Positions 9,492 through 16,645 of a stretch of 64,000 bases of DNA are shown piece by piece. The notes beneath the pieces were generated by a model. That model saw nothing but the letters and a program-made list of their open reading frames with translations. It did no database searches and had not been told where the DNA came from. Made by a program: the position numbers and the translations under genes. Every line of letters starts with the position of its first letter. The first letter of the stretch is position 1. Origin of the DNA: Lachnospiraceae bacterium. GTDB lineage: Bacteria; Bacillota_I; Bacilli_A; RFN20; CAG-826. The stretch lies in NCBI GenBank assembly GCA_963654425.1, contig CAVKAR010000001.1:64888-128887 (forward strand), read 5' to 3'.

Positions 9492-9761
9492 CTATTTTAT
9501 CGCTTCCCAATAGCCACTTTTATTTGAACCTATTCTTTTAAGCAATTCCTTTTCTTTTAAAGATTTGATTATTCTATCAATTGTACGACTGGAAAGACCT
9601 GTTTGCTTAATCACATCATCTTTAACTGCGTTTTTATTCACTTTAAAAACAGACAATACTACAAATTCTCCTTCAGATAATTCGCTGCTTATTTCGCCAC
9701 TTATTTCGCCATTTTTATTTCTATCTTCCCTAGAAAATTCAATCGTAAAATCATTTTGCAT
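9492..9761 (-). CDS. small winged-helix DNA-binding protein; stand-alone homologue of the C-terminal tail of COG2865 proteins (possible gene remnant)
   Basis: 89 aa. LSEGEFVVLSVF...SSRTIDRIIKSLKEKELLKRIGSNKSGYWEAIK parallels the C-terminus of the 5947-7347 product (...PRTVQNITNSLKRKGYLIRIGNNQFGYWELV). An imperfect 15-bp hairpin (9444-9490) lies just downstream. Confidence 0.6.
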   Translation of the reverse strand: MQNDFTIEFSREDRNKNGEISGEISSELSEGEFVVLSVFKVNKNAVKDDVIKQTGLSSRTIDRIIKSLKEKELLKRIGSNKSGYWEAIK

Positions 9762-9848
9762 TCGGTAATCTAAAACTTACCCACCCTTGAGTAGCCTTCA
9801 GCAAAAGGTTGGAGGCTGCGGAAAGGTAGCCATTCCAAAATAAGCCTT

Positions 9849-9945
9849 ATAAACGAATAAAGCGTAGCCAGCTTAATGACTACGCCATTTCTTTGCCTAG
9901 AGCCTTGATCACTTAATGCCCAAGGAAAACGGCGATTTTGCTTGG
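9849..9945. repeat. Copy B of the ~95-bp non-coding direct repeat
   Basis: Same orientation as copy A, 588 bp away. It contains the hairpin GCGTAG-N12-CTACGC. Confidence 0.85.
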
Positions 9946-9962
9946 TTTTTATGATTTTACGT

Positions 9963-11975
9963 CTATTTTTCCAAGATAATTGATACGGTCGATAAATATG
10001 CAAAAGGCTCGTGGATTGTTATTTTATTGCCGCTTTTATCGAATGCAGCATTCTTGATCGATCCGTCTTTGTTGATGATGAATATCTTTTTCGGGTTCAC
10101 GTTAAAAAGCTCGAATTCGATATTTTCGTAGCTGCAGTAATTGGCGTTAGTGAGCAATAAGAGATAGCTATCGTCGCGTTCGTATAGATAGGCATAAAGG
10201 CCATCGCTCATGGTCTTTGCAAAAGGCTTTTTGATGTTATTCAAAAGGTAGCGCTCATAGATGTAGCGGCGCAAAGGCATGAAGAAAGCCGTATCTTCCG
10301 TTCCCGCCACACTATAAGGATAGATGAAGAAATGATCGCCGATGGCAACGCCATTGCCAGTTCTATTCATCCTTGCATCGTAGAGGCCGGAGACGATTTT
10401 CACGGTTTCATCGTAAGTAAACGAATAATATTCGCCCGCTCTTCTTTGGCTTGTGGCTTTGTAGTGGTGCATCCCATCGATTGCTTCCGTTCCCTCATAC
10501 ATCTCAAACGAGTCGTATTCATGGAGCGACCCGCGGTAAGTGGATGATTTTAGGTGGATCAAATCGCCTAAGCCGCGCTTAAAGAGAATATCGGTAGATA
10601 TGGCATCAAGCAAAACGAAGTTGTCGGCGAATAAGGATATCAATTCTTCGTCGGAAAAATTGTAGATGTTCTGCTCGCTTATGATGACTACTTCGTTCTT
10701 GAATAACTTCTCTTTGCTGATTCTATAAGAGAAACCCATCGAGGAGAAATAACCCAAGATATCGAATTCTTTCGGGATGAGGTTAAGGAAGCCGGATTCA
10801 TGGCTATGATAAACGGTTCTTTCATCGTAAGGGAAAACGAGCCCCCGCATTTGGCTAGGCAATATGTTTTCTTTTTTCACGCGGTTCAAGTAAGGCGTCA
10901 GCCCCTTAATGACTTCCCCATATCCGAATTCTTCCTGAACCCCATTCCCGCAGTGCGCGAAAATATTGTATGTCATGCCGCTTATCCCCAAAGGCAAGGC
11001 GCTTTCAAGCTGGAAGGCCACGAATTTGCTGTCCTTTACGAATAAGGAAAAAGAGGAATTCTCAAGCTCAGGGTATATAAGGCAGTCATCGCCGATGAAG
11101 GAGCGGGCGACCATCGAGATTCGATTGAAGTCGAAATAGTAGGGCTTAGATCCATTCTCCCGATAAGCCGGAAGATGGATCCGGTCTATTTTGATTCCAT
11201 CAGGAGATAAGCATTCATGGAGCTTCGCCCAATCTCTGGCTTCCATCGCATGATTGAGCGGCAAGGAACTCATAAGCCCGATGTGGGTTGAGGGGCTAAC
11301 CTCATTCACTGTCTTAGAGATATCGGCGGCGAGTTCGTTTATCGAGGAAAAGGAAACATCTAGCCATGCCTTCCTTTCCTCGTTTATCTCGCCACTAGAA
11401 ATATTGCTCACGAATTCTTCGCGCGTTTCCTTTTTGCCAAGTTTCTCGTTATAGGCTTCCATATGTTTTGCGCAGAAGCATCCTCCGTAATCGAGAGGAG
11501 GGTGGTTGTGGTAGCGGAAATCATCCTCGATCCAAAGGACTTCCGGCTTGATTTCGCCGACATAATAAGAAAGCTGATGGAGATAATAATTTCTCCAATT
11601 ATCGTCTAATGGGCAAGCCACTAGTTCGGAGGCTTGACCGAAACGGTCGACCATCGTGACGAAATCCTGCCCCTCTTGGAGCTTCCTGCCTCTATCTAAG
11701 TGCCCGAGCTCCATCCAGGGATTCAAAGATGTGCTTATGCCGCATTTGGCGAATTCCTCTTTGGCTTGTTTGATGACCTCGACCCATTTGACGAGCTCAT
11801 CGTCTTTGATGTGGCCGACATTATGCTCTTCGCCGTTATAGATGAGAATGACGTTCTGGAAACCGTATTTCAGGCAAAAATTCTTGATGCTCCTGATTCG
11901 CTCAAAAGCATATTCGTCAGGATAAATCTGGGCTCTTAGGCAGTGATAGAACGGCTTCTCGTCGTAACTATTCAT
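9963..11975 (-). CDS. uncharacterised cytoplasmic 670-aa protein, putative glycoside hydrolase/phosphorylase with GH42/GH112-like features
   Basis: The ATG at 11975-11973 (MNSYDEKPFYH) sits 8 nt after the nahK stop, with GAGGAA in between. The ORF-track start at 12149 would overlap nahK and is rejected. There is no signal peptide. The segment LWIEDDFRYHNHPPLDYGGCFCAKHMEAYNEKLGKKETREEFV recalls the GC-x-C...K(Y/L)G...E(D/E)FV segment of GH112 and the Cys cluster of GH42. That comparison is from memory and unverified. Confidence 0.55.
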   Translation of the reverse strand: MNSYDEKPFYHCLRAQIYPDEYAFERIRSIKNFCLKYGFQNVILIYNGEEHNVGHIKDDELVKWVEVIKQAKEEFAKCGISTSLNPWMELGHLDRGRKLQEGQDFVTMVDRFGQASELVACPLDDNWRNYYLHQLSYYVGEIKPEVLWIEDDFRYHNHPPLDYGGCFCAKHMEAYNEKLGKKETREEFVSNISSGEINEERKAWLDVSFSSINELAADISKTVNEVSPSTHIGLMSSLPLNHAMEARDWAKLHECLSPDGIKIDRIHLPAYRENGSKPYYFDFNRISMVARSFIGDDCLIYPELENSSFSLFVKDSKFVAFQLESALPLGISGMTYNIFAHCGNGVQEEFGYGEVIKGLTPYLNRVKKENILPSQMRGLVFPYDERTVYHSHESGFLNLIPKEFDILGYFSSMGFSYRISKEKLFKNEVVIISEQNIYNFSDEELISLFADNFVLLDAISTDILFKRGLGDLIHLKSSTYRGSLHEYDSFEMYEGTEAIDGMHHYKATSQRRAGEYYSFTYDETVKIVSGLYDARMNRTGNGVAIGDHFFIYPYSVAGTEDTAFFMPLRRYIYERYLLNNIKKPFAKTMSDGLYAYLYERDDSYLLLLTNANYCSYENIEFELFNVNPKKIFIINKDGSIKNAAFDKSGNKITIHEPFAYLSTVSIILEK

Positions 11976-11983
11976 AAATTCCT

Positions 11984-13066
11984 CTATTTGAGATACGGCT
12001 CGACGATTTTTCTCATCTTCGCCAGCTTCCTCCCCATATCGTCGACTAAAGCAAACTGGTCTTTCGCCCTCACGAGATTGTGCTCGGGGTAGGCAATCTT
12101 GAAATAGGTATCGCCAGCGAGGAAATCGGATAAGAAACGGATTCCGCATTCATAAGTGAGAACCATCGCCGCCTCTGGGAAAAGGGATATCTCATCTTTC
12201 CTAAGGCTATCGCCTGCCCCTTTTAGATACCCTTCGGTGTAAGAGGCGAAATTAGCGAGACTCAGTTTGACTTTGCTTAAGTCTTTTTCATCCTCCTTGG
12301 CCTCATTTGCCCCAAAGCGGATGGAGTCGCCATAATCGTATAAAGAGAGACCAGGCATTATCGTGTCGAGATCGATGACGCAGGAAGAGCCGTCAGCGTA
12401 GAAAAGGACGTTATTGAGCTTTGTGTCATTGTGCGTCACCCGGATTGGCAACCCCTTATTTTCCAAAGCGGTCGCTAGATATTCATGCTTTTTGGCCCAG
12501 TCGATTTGGTCTTTGGCCATCTCTTTTCTTTCGTTATTCGCCTTTTCGATTGCCAAGAGCAAATCCTTATAGCGTTTCTTCGTATCATGGAAGTGGGGGA
12601 TGACTTCGAAGAGCTTTTCGGTCGGGAAACCCGAAAGATCGCGCTGGAATTTGCCAAAGGCGTAGCCGGAATCCCCGAAGATTTCCGCTCCGGCCGAATT
12701 GTAAGAGGTGGTTCCTTCTAGATACAGATAGCATCTAAAGTAATTCCCTTCTTCATCTTTATGGAAACTCTTGCCGGTTTTTGCCTTCACTAGGCTCATG
12801 GATTCTTTGCTTGGCTCACCGCCGTTTTTCAAGATCTTCTCCCTCATGAAGGAAAGGACGAGCTCGATATTGCTCATCACCCCTTCGACATTGGGGAAGA
12901 CCTCATTATTGATGCGTTGAACGATGTAGCGGCTGTTATCGCTGATGGTGACGATGAAGGTATCGTTGATGTGCCCGTTGTGGTTCTCCTCAATCGAGGC
13001 GACTTCGCCCTTAAGATCGAAATGGGCGATGGCTTGTAGTAATTGCTCTTTGCTAAGTGGTTTCAT
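11984..13066 (-). CDS. nahK: N-acetylhexosamine 1-kinase
   Basis: It is collinear with Bifidobacterium NahK motifs as I recall them: NGHINDTF, HFHDTKKRY, VTHNDTKLNNVL, IDLDTIMPG, YDYGDSIRFGANEAKEDEKDLSKV, ECGIRFL and YPEHNLVRAKDQ. The start is ATG 13066 (MKPLSK) or ATG 13078. Confidence 0.85.
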   Translation of the reverse strand: MKPLSKEQLLQAIAHFDLKGEVASIEENHNGHINDTFIVTISDNSRYIVQRINNEVFPNVEGVMSNIELVLSFMREKILKNGGEPSKESMSLVKAKTGKSFHKDEEGNYFRCYLYLEGTTSYNSAGAEIFGDSGYAFGKFQRDLSGFPTEKLFEVIPHFHDTKKRYKDLLLAIEKANNERKEMAKDQIDWAKKHEYLATALENKGLPIRVTHNDTKLNNVLFYADGSSCVIDLDTIMPGLSLYDYGDSIRFGANEAKEDEKDLSKVKLSLANFASYTEGYLKGAGDSLRKDEISLFPEAAMVLTYECGIRFLSDFLAGDTYFKIAYPEHNLVRAKDQFALVDDMGRKLAKMRKIVEPYLK

Positions 13067-13419
13067 AGATACCCGCATTTTATAACAGAAAAACCTATGA
13101 TGTTCGCTTTGAGCAGAAATAGGGGAATTATGGCGAATTTGCAACAATGTTTATGGTTTTTGCGCATGTCTGCTCAATCTCGCCTCTCCATATATATGGT
13201 ATATGTAGGCGTGATTTCTTATCCGCGCCCCCTTATTAGTGACCGCTGCGGAATGCAAACATATTAAAAATCGTCAGACAACTTTTGAAATTCACACTTG
13301 CCTTGGCAATTTCCCCGCAATGATTAAATTCAATCGCCTTTGAAAGAAAAATAATATGTGAGGAAAGTTACAATGAGGTCAACAGCAACATTTTCTTTCA
13401 AAAACAAAAAGGAGATTTT

Positions 13420-15282
13420 ATGAAGAAAAAACATGCGCTTTTGGCTTTAAGTGGGTTCTTTCTATTAGGCCTCACAAGTTGCCAAGTAACGCCAGAACCT
13501 GACTCGAGCTCGTCGGAAGCAACAAGCCAGTGCACTCACAACTATGTCGCTCACGAAGAAGTGGCCGCAACATGCGCGAAAGAAGGCACTGAAGCTTATT
13601 ACAGCTGCTCTCTCTGCAGCGCCATCTTTGACGCCCAGAAGAAAGTTATCACCGCCATCCCGACGATTGCCAAAGACCCGAATAACCACGCAAAAACGCC
13701 TTCTTTGACTTATTCAGGCGAATATAAGAAGAGCTATGCCGTTGGCGATACCTTCTCGATGGGCGAAGCCGTTTACAAGATCAAGTGCGATGATTGCGAT
13801 GGATCGGCCTTAAGCGCTGAACAGACCAAACTCGTTACTTACACCTATCCTACGACTGGTGCCGACAAATTCGTTGTTGGCGACATTGGCGGGAAAGACC
13901 TCAAGGTCACGGCAAAATACAGCACCTATTCCATTACTTTTGACGTAACGGTTGGGAAGAGAACGACCACCATAAATGGCGTCGACGACATGAATAAAGA
14001 CTGCGGCTTCTTGGCGTTTGATACGCTTGAGGGAGCAAGTGCGACGGATGGGAAACTCGTTTACACATTCTCCGATACGAAAGATGGCACTTATTTAAAC
14101 GCTGCGGCTTTCAATGCTGCCCATCCAGACGGAATGACGGTTGGAAGCGCAGACAAGGAATCGAAAGTATATTACGCGAAGGCCACTGTCGATGCTGGCG
14201 ATGAATATGAAGCGGCAAGCAAAGACTTCACCATCACCGTAAAGCACTTAAAAGGCGATGCGTGGACGGAGAGCGCTGATAAAAGTAGCGACATCTTCGG
14301 TTGCCAAGACAAAAATCCGGTCACATTCAAGAAGACGGTGACCGCTACAAATCAAGATATCCTTTTGAACGATAACGGCACCAACAAATTCGCCATCAGC
14401 CTTGAAGGCATTGGAACTTATGCCTCGGTTAAATCCATTAAATACGGAGAATACGATTTAGGAACGAATATCGCTGATCTTGCAATCTCCGATGCGCTCA
14501 AAGCGGATAACGCTAACCACGGCAAAGGAACGATTGTCGTTACCGTCCATTCGGATGCTATAAGCGGAGCCCCAGAGACCGATCACGTAGTCAATGTTCC
14601 AGTCACCATGATCACAAAGCAGATCGCTTCGGCCGAGGATTTCAAGAGCTACGTGCAGCCAAACGCTGATAAGCGCGTTGTTGAAGGATACTACAAGCAA
14701 ACCGCGAATGAGATTACGGCTGAGAGGCAATCGACAGCGATGAAGGAATCGTGGACAGTTTCCTGGGATGACCATTTCAATGGCACGTATGACGGAAATG
14801 GAAAAACGTTGAAACTCAATTCAAATATTCCGGGCGGAGGAATATTCGGCAATTTGGGCAACGACTCGAAAGAAGTCGGAGCCACAATCAAGAATGTAAC
14901 GATAATTGATGGATGGCACTCTGACGGCCAAGACGTTGTTTTGTTAGGCAGAGCCATCTCCTACACGACGTTTGAAAATGTGACGTTCACTTTGAACGGG
15001 TCTGGCTCTATCAAGAAAGAGCAAAATAGTGGCTGGATTGCCTCCCAACGTATGCAAAACACAACTTACAAAAACTGCAAATTCAACGCCTCTACTTCAG
15101 CACTTGGTTCAATTTTCGGAGGTCATTCTAAAAACTTCAAAGACAATACTTTCGAGAATTCCGAACTCAACGTTAAGAGCTATATGTGCTTATGGCATAC
15201 CGCTGACGCCGCAGCCGACATTGACGCTAACAAGGTCATGACGGCCGAAGGCTTAACGATTAACATCACTCCGGCTGCTTAA
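13420..15282 (+). CDS. surface lipoprotein with an N-terminal 4-Cys module and a C-terminal GLUG/beta-helix-like module
   Basis: Signal peptide plus lipobox (LLGLTSC). An AAGGAG SD precedes the gene. The C-terminal part carries FNGTYDGNGKTLKLN...GGIFGNLG...ATIKNVTI. That part is homologous to the C-terminus of the 25329-27206 product. Confidence 0.85.
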   Translation: MKKKHALLALSGFFLLGLTSCQVTPEPDSSSSEATSQCTHNYVAHEEVAATCAKEGTEAYYSCSLCSAIFDAQKKVITAIPTIAKDPNNHAKTPSLTYSGEYKKSYAVGDTFSMGEAVYKIKCDDCDGSALSAEQTKLVTYTYPTTGADKFVVGDIGGKDLKVTAKYSTYSITFDVTVGKRTTTINGVDDMNKDCGFLAFDTLEGASATDGKLVYTFSDTKDGTYLNAAAFNAAHPDGMTVGSADKESKVYYAKATVDAGDEYEAASKDFTITVKHLKGDAWTESADKSSDIFGCQDKNPVTFKKTVTATNQDILLNDNGTNKFAISLEGIGTYASVKSIKYGEYDLGTNIADLAISDALKADNANHGKGTIVVTVHSDAISGAPETDHVVNVPVTMITKQIASAEDFKSYVQPNADKRVVEGYYKQTANEITAERQSTAMKESWTVSWDDHFNGTYDGNGKTLKLNSNIPGGGIFGNLGNDSKEVGATIKNVTIIDGWHSDGQDVVLLGRAISYTTFENVTFTLNGSGSIKKEQNSGWIASQRMQNTTYKNCKFNASTSALGSIFGGHSKNFKDNTFENSELNVKSYMCLWHTADAAADIDANKVMTAEGLTINITPAA

Positions 15283-15302
15283 TACGATAACTATTGCGAC
15301 TG

Positions 15303-15337
15303 AAAAGGACCGTTACGAGAATATCGACGGTCCTTTT
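15303..15337. terminator. bidirectional Rho-independent terminator between convergent genes
   Basis: AAAAGGACCGT (15303-15313) pairs with ACGGTCCTTTT (15327-15337). The A and T runs on the two sides allow it to work on both strands. Confidence 0.8.
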
Positions 15338-15378
15338 ACTTATGTTTGATGAGATAACGAAATAGAAAAAAGAAAGGG

Positions 15379-16260
15379 CTATTGCAGGTTTTTCGGCTCT
15401 CCAGCCTCGTCCTCTTTGTTCGTTTTCTTTTGTTTGCGGTACTGAGCTGGCGATAAACCATACGCGCTTTTGAACACGGCTGAGAAGTTGGTGGAGGACT
15501 TGTAGCCTAAAGCGCTAGAAATCTCATATATCGTCATATCGGAATACAAAAGGAAATTGTGGGCGTTTTGCATTTTGACCTCCGATATATAGTCAATGAT
15601 GGAGCAGCCCATGTATTTCTGGAATGAGCGAGAGATGTGAGAATGCGAATAGTTGGCGTTATCCATGACATCGGATACGTGCCAAGCCATATTCTCGGAT
15701 GATTGGATCTTCTTGATGAGATCGAGCAGCCAATCGGGCTTGTTTTCGTCGAAAACGTAATTTTGGCTGATGGCGGCGTTTATGATATCCAATATCAATA
15801 AAGAGGTAGGAAGCTCAAGCTTCTTCATCTCGCCGTTCAATCCCTCTTGGATATAGAAACACAAATCCATGATTTTCCTGATCTGATAATCGGCGAGTGA
15901 GCAAACAAGGGCCGACTTGCTCATGAAATCGTCATAAAGGCTTTTTGATAAATAAGCGCAAGCCTCTTTCATGTGCTCGATGCTGATTGTGACGAACAAG
16001 CAAACGGAATTGGGCTCATTTTGGCTGATGGCGTGATGGTCGATGGGACGAATTAGATATGCATCGCCCTTGTGCATGATTTCTTTTTTGCCATTGAAGT
16101 CATGCTGATAGGAACCCTTGGTAACCAAGAAAAACTCCCATACTGTATGTCCGTGATAACCTAAGAAATTGCGATAGCTTTGATGAAAGGTGGCCTTCAA
16201 ATAAGGACGGAATTCCGAATTGAGCGTAACGCTTCCGTAATTGAAATTGCTCTTATCCAT
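15379..16260 (-). CDS. AraC-family transcriptional regulator (cupin sensor + HTH)
   Basis: 293 aa. It has an N-terminal cupin (HGHTVWEFFLVTKGSYQH) and a C-terminal AraC HTH (HISRSFQKYMGCSIIDYISEVKMQNAHNFL...TNFSAVFKSAYGLSPAQYR). It is divergent from the glycan operon. Confidence 0.88.
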   Translation of the reverse strand: MDKSNFNYGSVTLNSEFRPYLKATFHQSYRNFLGYHGHTVWEFFLVTKGSYQHDFNGKKEIMHKGDAYLIRPIDHHAISQNEPNSVCLFVTISIEHMKEACAYLSKSLYDDFMSKSALVCSLADYQIRKIMDLCFYIQEGLNGEMKKLELPTSLLILDIINAAISQNYVFDENKPDWLLDLIKKIQSSENMAWHVSDVMDNANYSHSHISRSFQKYMGCSIIDYISEVKMQNAHNFLLYSDMTIYEISSALGYKSSTNFSAVFKSAYGLSPAQYRKQKKTNKEDEAGEPKNLQ

Positions 16261-16645
16261 TGTCGTTGCCTCCGCCTAAATGATAGACCTAGCAAAAACA
16301 TATTAAAATAGAAAGCGAATATATCTTGTAAGCCCTTTTTCAGTCTTAAAAACTATTAAAACTGCTCATTTTACATTTTTAGTGGTCGTCTCATCGTAGA
16401 TGAGATGGGGAAATATGCGCAAGAGCAGTTGAATGGATTAGCCGTAAGGTCTTTTTCGATAGGTTTGTCTTTTGAAGCAAGCGAGTTTTCCTATAGGAAA
16501 GATGAAATCGCATATTGAGCATTGATTAAAAGTAATAGATATATGAGTGAAAAGTAAGTAACCATGTAAGCGCTTTTAGATTATGCTTTAGCCAAGATAA
16601 GGGACCGGGTCCCAAATTAAGGGGATTCGGTAAAAAAGGAGCACT

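Noticed and set aside
9770-10003. A 77-aa minus-strand ORF covering repeat copy B and the 3' end of the 670-aa gene.
   Set aside because: The homologous repeat copy A has stop codons in all six frames, so the conserved sequence is non-coding. The ORF also overlaps a well-supported gene end.
11976-12149. The ORF-track N-terminal extension of the 670-aa gene (start at 12149) and similar upstream extensions: kdgK 1772, abiEi 9171, rbsK 44602, rpsJ 44921, xfp 38433, ATPase 40934 and permeases 18373/19253.
   Set aside because: The extensions overlap the preceding gene or lack an SD. Internal ATGs have good SDs and reproduce the canonical family N-termini.
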